Shown: in pieces, positions 18,022 through 28,685 of the stretch
How positions within the stretch are numbered: position 1 is the first letter of the stretch
Layout of the letters: every line of letters begins with the position of its first letter
Virus record (IMG/VR): IMGVR_UViG_3300042318_000959
Coordinates: 5,802-69,801 of that record
From: a virus
Lineage: Duplodnaviria; Caudoviricetes
Strand: one strand, 5' to 3'
Length of the DNA stretch: 64,000 nt
Translations under genes and position numbers: made by a program
Notes under the pieces: generated by a model
The model's database searches: none
The model's input: the letters and a program-made list of their open reading frames with translations, nothing else
What the model was told of the DNA's origin: nothing

Positions 18022-19203
18022 TTATGCTGTTGTATTTCCCAACAAATAAAAAGTGCTTGTTGCAAGTTTCTTTTCAAGAAAAACTTGGTAGTTCTGTCCT
18101 TTTATTTTAAGTCCATTTACTGTATTTATAGTCGTTCCTGTTCCAGAAAATGTGACTACCCCTGTCCCTTCTTGTATAAAGCCTGCGTTAAAATTTGCTG
18201 GCAATCCAGTTGGAACTGTTATAGTTATAGGCGTTGCTCCATTCTCTATGAATATGGTGTACTCTGTATCTGTAGGTAACAATGTATAATTTGCTGCTGG
18301 AATAGTTTTTTGTAAATTTTGTACGCTAAATGTTGTTCCAGATAAGCTTAGTCCTGTTCCTGCTGAATATGTTGTGCTATTGTCAGTTGAGCTTATAGTA
18401 AAGTTTGGGTAAGTCCCTGTAACTGTAGTTGCACCGCCTCCTGTTATCACTACAGTTTGGTCTGGTGCTGTATTTGTAATAGTAAAGCTTGGGTATGTTC
18501 CAGTAGCTGAGATTCCTGTACCTGATGTGAGTGCCACTGTTTGGTCTGGTGCTGTATTTGTTACTACGTAAGGTGAGACAAATGTCCCAACCCCTGTTAC
18601 TGATACTCCAGATCCTTGTTGTACTTTTGTTTCGCTACCATCTGTAGTTATTACTATATCGTCTCCGCTTTCTACTATAGAAAAAGAGCTTTGTGTAGAT
18701 TTTATTTTTCTAAGTTTAAAATCTACATTGTCCCCAGTTCTTATTGCTTGTTTATAGACTCCTGCACCAGTACCAACATTTGATGCTGAGTAGGTTATTT
18801 GGTTATCTTGTATAAAACTTTTTAGTACCACGCTGTTTAGTCCAATTTGAACTTCTTTGTCGTCTGTAGATAGTCCTATAGTAATTATACTATTTGTTGG
18901 CACAAGTGATCTAATTTCTTTTCTCCCTATTCCGTCTACTCCTCTATACACCCTAGTTCCAGAGCCTACGCTTATTAAACTAAAAGAATTGGCTAACTGC
19001 TCTGATAAATCACAAAGGTATGTATCTAGTTGGCCAATTACCTCTGTCATCAATGTCCCTTGCAGTATCTCTGTACACGGTAGATTTTCTCCTGTATATT
19101 GTATACAATCTGTACTGAAATCCTTTATTGGGCATGCACAATCAGTTGGTACACAAGTTGTGCAAATTGTATTTGTTGTTATTGTATTTCCGCAGTTACA
19201 CAT
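18022..19203 (-). CDS. Tail fibre protein
   Basis: Cys-rich N-terminus (STDCIQYTG). Repeats TNTAPDQTV and GTYP.FTI, plus AGTGLSLSGTTF. Confidence 0.7.
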   Translation of the reverse strand: MCNCGNTITTNTICTTCVPTDCACPIKDFSTDCIQYTGENLPCTEILQGTLMTEVIGQLDTYLCDLSEQLANSFSLISVGSGTRVYRGVDGIGRKEIRSLVPTNSIITIGLSTDDKEVQIGLNSVVLKSFIQDNQITYSASNVGTGAGVYKQAIRTGDNVDFKLRKIKSTQSSFSIVESGDDIVITTDGSETKVQQGSGVSVTGVGTFVSPYVVTNTAPDQTVALTSGTGISATGTYPSFTITNTAPDQTVVITGGGATTVTGTYPNFTISSTDNSTTYSAGTGLSLSGTTFSVQNLQKTIPAANYTLLPTDTEYTIFIENGATPITITVPTGLPANFNAGFIQEGTGVVTFSGTGTTINTVNGLKIKGQNYQVFLEKKLATSTFYLLGNTTA

Positions 19204-19228
19204 TTTTATAGTTTTAGTTTGTTATTAT

Positions 19229-19489
19229 TTATTCTTGCGTTCTCTCTAATCCAAGATAAGCTATTACTATATCTTCAATATAAGTATTATCACTGCCCCA
19301 ATTTGCATATTGCTCCTCTGTAATAGGGCATTCGCCAGTAGCTAATATTTCTCCTACTTCTGTGCTTACTTCATAATAAGTGTAGCAATCTAAGTCTTTA
19401 GTGCTTAGTATAACTGGTCTAATCATTATTCTAGTAGCTGTTTTTGCTGGTAAACCAAGTGTTATTGGTTGAATTTCAATTGTGTTCAT
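19229..19489 (-). CDS. Small protein, possible fibre assembly chaperone
   Basis: 86 aa directly after a fibre gene, with a ...QYANWG.D..YI..... pattern. Confidence 0.45.
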   Translation of the reverse strand: MNTIEIQPITLGLPAKTATRIMIRPVILSTKDLDCYTYYEVSTEVGEILATGECPITEEQYANWGSDNTYIEDIVIAYLGLERTQE

Positions 19490-19521
19490 GTTTTTTAATT
19501 TTTAATTTTTAATTTTTAATT

Positions 19522-21207
19522 TTACCAGCTTAATAATGCTGATCTTTTCCAAGTGTTAGTTGCAACACACACATAAATATAGTCTGTTCCGTATCTTATA
19601 TCTCCTACTGTTCCTGTTTCGTTTGCATTCGCAGGAGCTGTGTTTAAAGCGGTTAGTTTATATTGGGTAGCTTTTGTGGGTCCATTTACTATTAACTTGT
19701 CTAAAGCATTGCTGGTAGCACCTGCTATTAAAGTAGTTCCTTGTAATACTGTTTCTGTTATAAGCGAATTTCCTATAACAACCTGATTATTTTTAGTTGT
19801 AAATGCCTTGTAGCCTATGGCAGTACTATTAATAGTAGTAGAGTTTTGATCTGCTACTCCTCCAGCAAGTGCTCCAATAAAAGTGTTTTGGAAACCTGAT
19901 ATGAGATTTGTTCCTGCTCCGTAGCCAAGTGATGTATTATAGTTTGTTGTTGTGATAGAGTTAAGTGCATATCTACCAATAGCCGTGTTAAAATTTCCTG
20001 AGTTGTTGGCGAAAAGTGCATTTGCTCCAATAGCTGTATTTTGGTATCCTATAGTGTTAAGCCTTAGTGTTTCAGATCCAACAGCTGTGTTAAAGTTTGC
20101 TGAGGTGTTAGAGATAAGTGAGTCTATACCAATGGCGGTATTATTATCTCCATCTAAATTACTTTTAAGTGATTGTACTCCAATAGCTGTGTTTTTTAAT
20201 CCAGTGGTATTTTCTAAAAGTGCATTTTTACCGGCTGCTGTGTTTAAGTTTCCACTGGTGTTTCCTTTAAGTGTGCCTGCTCCAATAGCTGTATTTTCAA
20301 ATCCTATTTGATTTCCATATAGTGCTTCTATTCCAATAGCTGTATTGGTATTTCCTATCGTATTGTTTGCAAGTGCACTTTTACCAATAGCTGTGTTTAA
20401 GATTCCTGAAATATTAGAAAAAAGTGCCTCTTTACCAATGGCTGTATTTTCGGATCCACCTATGTTATTTTTAAGTGCGTCTGCTCCAACAGCTGTATTT
20501 TGGAATCCTGTAGCGTTTTTACTTAGTGCTGCAGATCCAATAGCTGTATTGTAATTACCTCCTGTGTTTAAAAATAATGAGTCTTTACCAACTGCTGTAT
20601 TGTAGTCTCCATCTATGTTATTGTGAAGTGCGTTTGCTCCAACAGCTGTATTTTGAAATCCTTCTGTGTTTTCACTTAGTGCTGCAGTTCCAATAGCTGT
20701 ATTAAAGTTTGCTATTGTATTGCTCATAAGTGCATCCTTACCAACTGCTGTGTTGTGTGTTCCTAGTGTGTTAGCTAAAAGTGCATCTTTACCAATGGCT
20801 GTGTTGAGTAAAAAATTTCCTCCTCCTCTACCAACAACTATACTATTTGCAATTAGATCTTTAGTAAATGTTTTGGTTCCTGCAATAGTTTCATCTCCAG
20901 TTTTATGTACAAGATTTTGGTCTAATGCTAGAAACGCATCTTGTAAATCTTCTACGTCTGTCTCTATAGCTAGTATTTGATTTGCCTGTACTGCATTTTC
21001 TTCTTCTAATTGCGTTGTTCTAGTATTATTACTTTGTAAAGATAACACCATAGCTTGTATTACTGCTGTGAGATCTTCGTTTGGGTTTATGAATAGGTAT
21101 GTTATCGCTTCCGGATAAAATATGCAATTTGTAGAAGTATGTATTCCATTGCAAGGGTCTATTTGTTGGTTTAAAATTGGTATGTCTGTTTGACTACATG
21201 TTGCCAT
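19522..21207 (-). CDS. Tail fibre/spike with about 19 x 17-aa NTAxG beta-solenoid repeats
   Basis: NTA(I/V)G..AL..N..G repeats at a 17-aa period, an N-terminal coiled coil, and a C-terminal GDIRY...IYVCVATNTWKR motif. Confidence 0.85.
   Translation of the reverse strand: MATCSQTDIPILNQQIDPCNGIHTSTNCIFYPEAITYLFINPNEDLTAVIQAMVLSLQSNNTRTTQLEEENAVQANQILAIETDVEDLQDAFLALDQNLVHKTGDETIAGTKTFTKDLIANSIVVGRGGGNFLLNTAIGKDALLANTLGTHNTAVGKDALMSNTIANFNTAIGTAALSENTEGFQNTAVGANALHNNIDGDYNTAVGKDSLFLNTGGNYNTAIGSAALSKNATGFQNTAVGADALKNNIGGSENTAIGKEALFSNISGILNTAIGKSALANNTIGNTNTAIGIEALYGNQIGFENTAIGAGTLKGNTSGNLNTAAGKNALLENTTGLKNTAIGVQSLKSNLDGDNNTAIGIDSLISNTSANFNTAVGSETLRLNTIGYQNTAIGANALFANNSGNFNTAIGRYALNSITTTNYNTSLGYGAGTNLISGFQNTFIGALAGGVADQNSTTINSTAIGYKAFTTKNNQVVIGNSLITETVLQGTTLIAGATSNALDKLIVNGPTKATQYKLTALNTAPANANETGTVGDIRYGTDYIYVCVATNTWKRSALLSW
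19738..19806. repeat. 69-bp exact repeat shared by two fibre genes (copy 1)
   Basis: Identical to 24060-24128; encodes AFTTKNNQVVIGNSLITETVLQG. Confidence 0.9.
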
Positions 21208-21220
21208 AATATTAAGATGT

Positions 21221-21649
21221 TTATGTGTTATTTACTAAGTATTGTAGCAACTCTCCTAAAGTGCTAATTTGTTCATTGCAAGCATCTACTATTCCAGTTA
21301 AGTCTACACAGTCTGTGATAATTTTATCACATATTGCTTCGTTCTCTAGATAGTTAACTTTACTTTTTAAGTCGCATATTTCTTGTTCATATTTTAAAAG
21401 AACATTCTTTACGATATTACGCCCTTCTTCTTTTACGTAGGTTAGACAATCATCTCCTAAACTAGATAGGTCAATTTCTGATTTAACTTCTCCTACTGCT
21501 AAATATAAATCAGCAGTTGTCTCTTCTATTGTGATGCAATCTTGATCTAATAGTGTTGAGAATGTTGGTACTTCTAGTTCATAGTAAGTACATGTGGCGT
21601 AGGTTTTTTCGCCACACATATTTTTTATTTTATTTCCACAATTTTTCAT
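21221..21649 (-). CDS. Cys-rich tail-associated protein
   Basis: Shares the TY.TC.YY-type N-terminal motif with the neighbouring fibre genes. Confidence 0.55.
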   Translation of the reverse strand: MKNCGNKIKNMCGEKTYATCTYYELEVPTFSTLLDQDCITIEETTADLYLAVGEVKSEIDLSSLGDDCLTYVKEEGRNIVKNVLLKYEQEICDLKSKVNYLENEAICDKIITDCVDLTGIVDACNEQISTLGELLQYLVNNT

Positions 21650-21816
21650 CCTTGCCCTTTATTTAATTTTAAGTAATTTTTTGAATTTTTAGATATTGAG
21701 GATTTTGATTTCGCATGTATTCCTTTTCTTCTAATTTTTATCTTCAGTTTTGCACCTCCAGATTCTGCTGATTTTTTTGCCATTCTTCTTGTTTGTTTTT
21801 AATTTTCTATTTATTC

Positions 21817-22791
21817 TTATGCTATTACAATATTTCTAGTTACTCCAGAAGTAGTGCCAAATACATTAGTCGTAGTTAATGAAAATGTCCATCTTAAAGT
21901 TGCAGTTGAATACACCATTAAGAATTGACCTTTAGTATATGTTGTGCTACCTATTGTTAGTGTACTCCAATTAGTAGGTGGGACAGTACTTGGTACGTCT
22001 TTAATTATAAAATAAAGAATACCTGATGCCCAATATAAACTCTCAATAATGGCGTTAGTGCCAAATAATGGAATACTAGGATTAACAAGACTACCATATG
22101 CAATTTGAGTATATCCCCATACTTGTGTTCCTCCCTGTCCAACTGTCAAAACTCCACTATACAAAGTATTTGCTGGAGCTGAAACTGAAGTTATTGGGTC
22201 TGTTAATTTTAGTGTTATATTAGTATTACCCGATGCACCTGCCCCATATGAAAAGCCATTTGTATAGTAGGGGGCTAGAGTGTTAAGGCAGGGATTTGAA
22301 GATGGTATATCCTTAAATCCTAGGTGACTTTGAAATAACAATGTGTTCGAGCTATTTCTAATTTGAATGGCAAGGGATTGACCTGGAGTCATAGGTATAA
22401 AACCAAAAAGTATACTGCCATTACATTGCGGAAGGGTTTGTTGTGTACTTAACTGAATCCAGGTTTTATTAAGTGGGTAAGGTTGTGTACCATCATAAGT
22501 ACTTGATACATAATACCAAATTGTTGCATTTATTGTAGAAAGTGAAGGAGCAACAGCCCCAAATATAGTTAGCCCATTAAGTATATTAGACAACGCACTT
22601 TTAGGGATTAGTTGTAGAGCACTGTATGCATTCATACTAGCTGTGTCTAAGTTATACTTTGCTAGTGCATCAGTTTTATTCATACATTGATTTGATGTCA
22701 CAGCTGATTGTCCGGATTTTAGAGTAAATCCTCCACCTTGTGCATCTGTAAAACTAACCATCTGATTTGCTAATAAATCATTCCAACCCAT
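21817..22791 (-). CDS. Putative tail-associated structural protein
   Basis: 324 aa, Thr/Ser/Gly-rich, between fibre genes. Confidence 0.55.
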   Translation of the reverse strand: MGWNDLLANQMVSFTDAQGGGFTLKSGQSAVTSNQCMNKTDALAKYNLDTASMNAYSALQLIPKSALSNILNGLTIFGAVAPSLSTINATIWYYVSSTYDGTQPYPLNKTWIQLSTQQTLPQCNGSILFGFIPMTPGQSLAIQIRNSSNTLLFQSHLGFKDIPSSNPCLNTLAPYYTNGFSYGAGASGNTNITLKLTDPITSVSAPANTLYSGVLTVGQGGTQVWGYTQIAYGSLVNPSIPLFGTNAIIESLYWASGILYFIIKDVPSTVPPTNWSTLTIGSTTYTKGQFLMVYSTATLRWTFSLTTTNVFGTTSGVTRNIVIA

Positions 22792-25700
22792 TATTTCTCT
22801 AGTTGTTTTATTCTATTTTCTAATTCTTGTATCTTTGCAACCAACACTTCAATGTAATTTACCGTAAGCATTCCATTAGTATCTTCACTAACCTGATCTG
22901 GATATTTTTTTTGCACTTCTTGTGCAATATATCCTATATGTATTTTATTATCTTGTCCATCCTTCCAGGTAAATTTAACAGTATCTCCATCCTGTTCAAT
23001 AATATCTTTTAGCCTAGCATCAGATGAGTTAAAGAACCCAGTAGCTGTTACTGAACCAGTAAAAGTGGCGTTATTGTTGGTGGCAATATTCAGTGCAGTG
23101 CCTCCACCTACTTGTAACTGTATAGTTCTATCAGAGTTAGATGAGATTCCAGTTGAATATCCATTTACGTCAGGGAGACCATAGAAATCTGCATAAACAT
23201 TTCCTGCAAATTGAGCAGTCCCAGATTGATCCAATGCTAAAGAATTAACATTTCCTGCCGAATTTTTAAATAACCATCCAGAAGAATTAATTGCCTGAAA
23301 TTGATAGAAAGATGAATTACAAATTATTGTTCCAGTAGTAGTCCCATTAGAGTCAAATCCTAAACTTGCACTACTAGTTGTGGTTGTAATTTGTAAATTG
23401 TCAGTAAATTTTTTACCAGTACTAAAAGTTTGATTGCCTGAAGTTACTACACCCCCATTAGTTGGATTAGCTGCTGCTAAATTTAATACGCTTCCTGTAA
23501 TTGTAGCACCATTTGCATTAGCCGTTGCACTTATACCGCCTACTGATGATACTGTTCCAGTATTACTTGTAAAACCACTTGGATTTGATGATAAGTAGTA
23601 TGTATTAGTATCATAGCTAATAGTTCCAGCAGTAGACTTAACAAATCCTGTACCAGATAATAAAGGCTGACCTCCTAATCCTGTTAGTGTGTATGTTGGT
23701 ATATTTAATACGTTAGATACTAATGTAGCTGCTCCAGAAGAACCAGTGACAGTTAAAGAAGTTATTCTATTCGTATATGCAGTATTCCAGTTTCCACTAT
23801 TGTCTGCAGCATATGATATTGTACCAGCGGTTGATTTAACTAGACCTGTTCCACTTAAAGTGTTTTGTTTTGTGTTTAAAGCGGTTTGTGTAGCAGTTGA
23901 TATTGGTTTATCTGAGTCTGACGTATTATCCACATTAGATAATCCAACCATTGATTTAGTTATCTCAATAATTTTTTCAATACTTCCACTAGTTGTATTT
24001 CTTGTTAAAATATTATAGGATCCAATACTTGTTATTGGAGTGTCAGTTAATTTAATTACTCCTTGTAATACTGTTTCTGTTATAAGCGAATTTCCTATAA
24101 CAACCTGATTATTTTTAGTTGTAAATGCATTATAACCTATGGCAATGCTATTGTTAACGGTGGCTACCTGTGGTGATGTAAGAAGATCATCTTGTGATCC
24201 AAGAAAAGTGTTTCTAGCACCAGTTACAGTATAACCTGCTTTATAGCCGAGTCCTGTGTTATAATTTGATATTGTATTATCTTTAAGTGAGTCTACACCA
24301 ATTGAAGTGTTATACGCACCACTAGAATTTGATAAAGAGGCAAATCTACCGACAGCAGTATTTTGAAAACCTCCAAAATTACTTGAGAGTGCACTTGAAC
24401 CAACTGCAGTGTTCCAATTTGCATCAGCATTATTTCTAAGTGCATCTTTACCAACTGCGGTATTTTCTTCTCCATTAGTGTTATTTCTGAGTGCTTCTGA
24501 ACCAACTGCAGTGTTTTGGAAACCCATAGTGTTACTTGCGAGTGTACCAATACCAACTGCAGTATTGTTATTTGAAATATTTAATTTAAGAGCTTCATAA
24601 CCAACTGCTGTATTATACACTCCAATATAAGAAACTCCTGGAATTGCAGAACTAGCTTGTCCAACATTAGTCTGAAGTGCATTTGCACCAATAGCAGTAT
24701 TTTGATAACCTCCAACATTATTTGAAAGTGCGTTTGCTCCAATAGCTGTACTATTATTTGCATTATTAAATTGAAGTGCATTAAACCCAATAGCTGTGGT
24801 ATTAATTGCGGTATTTCCTATAGCACCTCCTCTGCCGACAGTTATGGTGTTTACAACTAGGTCTTCAACAAATGTCTTTGCTCCAGAAAATGTTTGCGGT
24901 AATGTTGTAACAACACCGCCAGATCCAATTGAAGCAGGTTCTAGGTTTAATACTGAACCTGTTAATGTAGCACCATTTGCGTTAGGTGCTGTGCCAATAG
25001 CAGATAATGTTATTGTTCCTCCAGCACTAACTCCGATAGCAGTCCTAAAAGCTGCCGCATCTAAAAAGCTTACTGTATTATTTGCATTTGCTCTTAAAAA
25101 CGTTATTGCATTGGGGTTTGCTGCTGTAAAAATACTTGATCCAACTGTAGTTGCACCTAAACTAGTCCTTGCTAATGGTGCGGTAGTAGCTCCTGTTCCT
25201 CCATTTGCAATGGCTAAAGTGCCACTTAATGTAATTATTCCAGATGAAGCTGTACTAGGAAATAATCCTGTTGTCCCCCCTGAAAATGTAGTAACTGCTG
25301 AAGTTAAGTATGTGCTATTATCATAAGTGATAACTCCGGAATTAGCTTTAACAAATCCAGGCCCTGTTAATTTATCTTGTTTTAGTGCACCTAAAGCACT
25401 TACATCAGAAGTTAAGGCAATAATTCCTGAAATATTTGGTAAGGAATACGTTCTAGATGCTGTTAATAAACTATTTGATATGTCTGCAACTATGCTATTT
25501 GTTTTAAAAAATGATATAGTACTATTATTGAAATCCAGTAATTTATTTCCAGTGGTATTACTAAATTGCCACTTATTAGTGTTGGCGTATATCTGCATAA
25601 TATTCCCCGTTAAATCTAAGTCTGTAAAATTTACAATACCTGAATTCATAAGGGGGGTGGCATTAAATGTTTTTATGCCATCAATAACTTCGTTGCCAGT

Positions 25701-26405
25701 TTTGTGGACTACGTTTGCATCGTCTGCAGGAGTGTATCCAAGCCATCCGGCAATAGTCTTATTTACCCATAGTGTTCCGTTAAAGCCTAATATATGGCCA
25801 TTGACTGGGACTGTAGTTTTTAAATCTATGTCGTGTATCTCATCGAGCTCAAATCCGTTTTGTACCTTGACAAATATCTCTCCGTTATTTATATTAACTC
25901 TTGTTACAATACCTATGAATACAAGATGTGCAGGTGCGTATGGTTTGCCTATTAACCCATATATAAGATTACCATTGGTTCCTAACCATACCGGATCACC
26001 AATAACAGCGGTGCTTGTATTTAATCCTGCTAGTAAGCCTTCTGTAACAACGTTTGCAAAACCATTTATAGCAACAGTTGCATCTAGTAATCCCATTGTT
26101 TTACTTGAAGTTGCCTCAGAATTGTTTGATGCCAAAGAGGCAAGCATATTTGTGCCATCTGATCCAGATATATAAATTGCTTGCCCTTTGTTTATTGCGA
26201 CTGCTGCTTTTACTACATGTTGCACTTTAGCTGTTGGTAATCCTGCACCTATTCCTAAGTCTGATAGCAGTTCATTACCTGTTCTATATTTAATAAGACC
26301 TCCATCAGACACAAGGAATTTATCTGTATCTAACGTGGCACTAGGTATGCTATTGATAGTAGCAGTTCCTTTTACATCTAAGTCTGAATATATTTTTTGC
26401 GACAT
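22791..26405 (-). CDS. Long tail fibre with NTAxG repeats and C-terminal peptidase S74 intramolecular chaperone domain
   Basis: 1204 aa. NSSDARLKDI...IGYIAQEV...VNY...L...IQEL is the S74/ICA signature. Confidence 0.85.
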   Translation of the reverse strand: MSQKIYSDLDVKGTATINSIPSATLDTDKFLVSDGGLIKYRTGNELLSDLGIGAGLPTAKVQHVVKAAVAINKGQAIYISGSDGTNMLASLASNNSEATSSKTMGLLDATVAINGFANVVTEGLLAGLNTSTAVIGDPVWLGTNGNLIYGLIGKPYAPAHLVFIGIVTRVNINNGEIFVKVQNGFELDEIHDIDLKTTVPVNGHILGFNGTLWVNKTIAGWLGYTPADDANVVHKTGNEVIDGIKTFNATPLMNSGIVNFTDLDLTGNIMQIYANTNKWQFSNTTGNKLLDFNNSTISFFKTNSIVADISNSLLTASRTYSLPNISGIIALTSDVSALGALKQDKLTGPGFVKANSGVITYDNSTYLTSAVTTFSGGTTGLFPSTASSGIITLSGTLAIANGGTGATTAPLARTSLGATTVGSSIFTAANPNAITFLRANANNTVSFLDAAAFRTAIGVSAGGTITLSAIGTAPNANGATLTGSVLNLEPASIGSGGVVTTLPQTFSGAKTFVEDLVVNTITVGRGGAIGNTAINTTAIGFNALQFNNANNSTAIGANALSNNVGGYQNTAIGANALQTNVGQASSAIPGVSYIGVYNTAVGYEALKLNISNNNTAVGIGTLASNTMGFQNTAVGSEALRNNTNGEENTAVGKDALRNNADANWNTAVGSSALSSNFGGFQNTAVGRFASLSNSSGAYNTSIGVDSLKDNTISNYNTGLGYKAGYTVTGARNTFLGSQDDLLTSPQVATVNNSIAIGYNAFTTKNNQVVIGNSLITETVLQGVIKLTDTPITSIGSYNILTRNTTSGSIEKIIEITKSMVGLSNVDNTSDSDKPISTATQTALNTKQNTLSGTGLVKSTAGTISYAADNSGNWNTAYTNRITSLTVTGSSGAATLVSNVLNIPTYTLTGLGGQPLLSGTGFVKSTAGTISYDTNTYYLSSNPSGFTSNTGTVSSVGGISATANANGATITGSVLNLAAANPTNGGVVTSGNQTFSTGKKFTDNLQITTTTSSASLGFDSNGTTTGTIICNSSFYQFQAINSSGWLFKNSAGNVNSLALDQSGTAQFAGNVYADFYGLPDVNGYSTGISSNSDRTIQLQVGGGTALNIATNNNATFTGSVTATGFFNSSDARLKDIIEQDGDTVKFTWKDGQDNKIHIGYIAQEVQKKYPDQVSEDTNGMLTVNYIEVLVAKIQELENRIKQLEK
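24060..24128. repeat. 69-bp exact repeat shared by two fibre genes (copy 2)
   Basis: Identical to 19738-19806. Confidence 0.9.
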
Positions 26406-26428
26406 GTTGGTTTTAGTCTATTGGGTTA

Positions 26429-28318
26429 TTAGTCAATTTTTTGAACTAATGCTCTTACTGGATTTGCTGGTGCAGTTATGAATGTTACTGTAACTGCGAA
26501 TGGAGTGGTCATTGATCTAGCTATATCTGCATAGACTACTTCTCCATTACTAGTGTCAAATAGTTGTACTATTACATCTGATGTGCCTAGTCCGTGTGCT
26601 ACTGTTTGTGCTCCAGCTGTTGCTGTTAGTGTAGTAGCAAATGAATCGGCTGCTGCTTGTGCTGCTACATATGTTGCAAGAGTCGCAGGAGTTACAGCTC
26701 TAACTGTATCAGTTCCAGTATTTACTTCTGTTTGTGTAGCTAATTCAATTACGCCTGATTGAGTTTCTGTTGCTGCTTGGATTGTATCTAAACTTACAGC
26801 GGTTACAGAACCCAAAGCATCCACAGTTATGTCTGCTACAAATGATAAACCTCCACCATTTAAAGTTGCGGTAGTATATGCAGGGTGTACATATAAGTTA
26901 GCACCTGTTGCAATACCGTCTAATTTTGTTTTGTCAGCAGCACTCATTACACCGGCAGCTGATGTGGTGGCATTGGATAAATCTCTGGTTGTTACTGATG
27001 TAACGTGTCCTAAAGTATTAACAACAACGCTATCAATAACATTAATACCATTATTTGTAGCATCAACAGTTATAGCTGTTTGTGTGGGGTGTACGTAAGC
27101 GGTGTACTCAGTAGGTATTGGTATATTATAAAATGTTGTACCATCATTTGTAAATTTCCATCTATCTATAGATTCATCCCATATTAACGATACATTTGTT
27201 AAAGTACCTCTTTCTACTTCGATACCACCGTTTTCAGTTGGTGTTGCTCCAGTGTAGTTGCTATTTAGTGTAATTATGTTATCAGCTAATAAGATGGTCT
27301 CTGTATTTACTGTAGTGGTAGTACCACTTACTGTTAAATCTCCAGATATAATTACATTATTTGAGAATGTTTTATCTCCTGCAAAAGTTTGTGCATTAGT
27401 TGTTACAACTCCTGATGCAGATGCTGTTGCTGATGGTATTGCTGGATATGATACGGCTGACATACCAACCCCTGTTAGAGATCCTGTAGGTCCTGCTGTA
27501 GTTCCTCCAGTCCATGCAAATGCTGTAGGATACCAGTTGGTATCTGGATTTGCTGGAAGTGTAAGTGTTAAGTTACTTTTTGTTACAAGGTGTCCTTGTG
27601 CATCATATGTTACATAAGGTACAACAAATGTTCCACCAAAAGCTAAAGTTCTTGTTATACCAGTATCTCCAAAGTTACTTGCTGTTATAGCGTTTGAGTG
27701 GTTGAATGTGGTTCCGCTTAATGATAAACCTGTTCCAGCTGTATATGTTGTGTTTAAAGATGCTATTGTAATAGTATCTGTTAAAGCATCTGTGGTTATT
27801 GTTACATTAGAGCCTCCTACAAGTGTTAAAGTATCATTATTAGTATCTGCTACTACATTAGTTTGTCCAGATACTGCTATGTTTTTAAATATGTTTTGAG
27901 AAGATCCAAGATCTGTATTTGTTACTGTGACTGCTCCTGTAGCACTGTTTACTGATATTCCAGTACCTGCTATTATTGATGTAACAGATGCTGTTCCTGC
28001 TGCTATATAGTCAAAAAGTAAATCAGATGTTACAAGTCCAGTACCTCCGTTTGTAACTGAGGTTGCTATATCTAGTGCTAATGATACAGATCCAGTAGTT
28101 CCACTAGTAACTGTTAATTGAGATGTGGTTGATGCTACACTTGTAATATCACCAACTGGTACCCATGTGGTGCCATCATAGATATATAATTTCTTGTCTC
28201 CAACAGTAGAATTATAATAAATTTGCCCTTCTGTACCTGCTGGTGCAGTCCCAAGTGGGTGTATTATTGCATTTTGTAATTGGTTCTTACTTAAATCAAT
28301 GTGGGCTAAAAATTTCAT
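26429..28318 (-). CDS. Tail fibre protein
   Basis: GQIYYNS...IYDGTTW N-terminus, ELATQTEVNTGTDTVRAVTP fibre motif, and C-terminal HGLGT.DVIVQ module. Confidence 0.75.
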   Translation of the reverse strand: MKFLAHIDLSKNQLQNAIIHPLGTAPAGTEGQIYYNSTVGDKKLYIYDGTTWVPVGDITSVASTTSQLTVTSGTTGSVSLALDIATSVTNGGTGLVTSDLLFDYIAAGTASVTSIIAGTGISVNSATGAVTVTNTDLGSSQNIFKNIAVSGQTNVVADTNNDTLTLVGGSNVTITTDALTDTITIASLNTTYTAGTGLSLSGTTFNHSNAITASNFGDTGITRTLAFGGTFVVPYVTYDAQGHLVTKSNLTLTLPANPDTNWYPTAFAWTGGTTAGPTGSLTGVGMSAVSYPAIPSATASASGVVTTNAQTFAGDKTFSNNVIISGDLTVSGTTTTVNTETILLADNIITLNSNYTGATPTENGGIEVERGTLTNVSLIWDESIDRWKFTNDGTTFYNIPIPTEYTAYVHPTQTAITVDATNNGINVIDSVVVNTLGHVTSVTTRDLSNATTSAAGVMSAADKTKLDGIATGANLYVHPAYTTATLNGGGLSFVADITVDALGSVTAVSLDTIQAATETQSGVIELATQTEVNTGTDTVRAVTPATLATYVAAQAAADSFATTLTATAGAQTVAHGLGTSDVIVQLFDTSNGEVVYADIARSMTTPFAVTVTFITAPANPVRALVQKID

Positions 28319-28324
28319 ATAATT

Positions 28325-28684
28325 TTAGTTTAAATAAGCTTTTCCTGAAAAGGAGGCTTGAAAGGTTACTGTTACTTTATTGTTATCGTTGTATTCTATA
28401 TCCCCAACTACTACACTTTCTCCAGAATCTACAATAACTACTGAAACGTATTTGTTTAAGTTATGTTGTATTTCCCAAGTGTTTGAAGCGGATAGCTGTA
28501 AGTGTACATAATTTTTGTCTCCTACGACTGTTCCTGTTTGGTCTATAAGCGGTACTGGTACCCCATTTAGATCTGTAATATAAGTTGTTACATCTTCTTC
28601 CCCAGTATTTTTTACATAGTATACTGAATTTGGTCTAGGGTTGATTGGTAAAACTTTTACTTTATAGTGTTTTACTTCTTGCAT
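28325..28684 (-). CDS. Small tail-associated protein
   Basis: WEIQHNLNKYVSVVIVD...FSGKAYLN, which resembles the C-terminal module of the next gene. Confidence 0.6.
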   Translation of the reverse strand: MQEVKHYKVKVLPINPRPNSVYYVKNTGEEDVTTYITDLNGVPVPLIDQTGTVVGDKNYVHLQLSASNTWEIQHNLNKYVSVVIVDSGESVVVGDIEYNDNNKVTVTFQASFSGKAYLN

Positions 28685-28685
28685 A

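Noticed and set aside
19952-25326. CRISPR-like or DGR-like repeats (recurring CCAATAGCTGT words)
   Set aside because: They are in-frame codons of the 17-aa NTAxG protein repeats. There are no unique spacers, no cas genes, no reverse transcriptase, and no adenine-specific TR/VR pattern.
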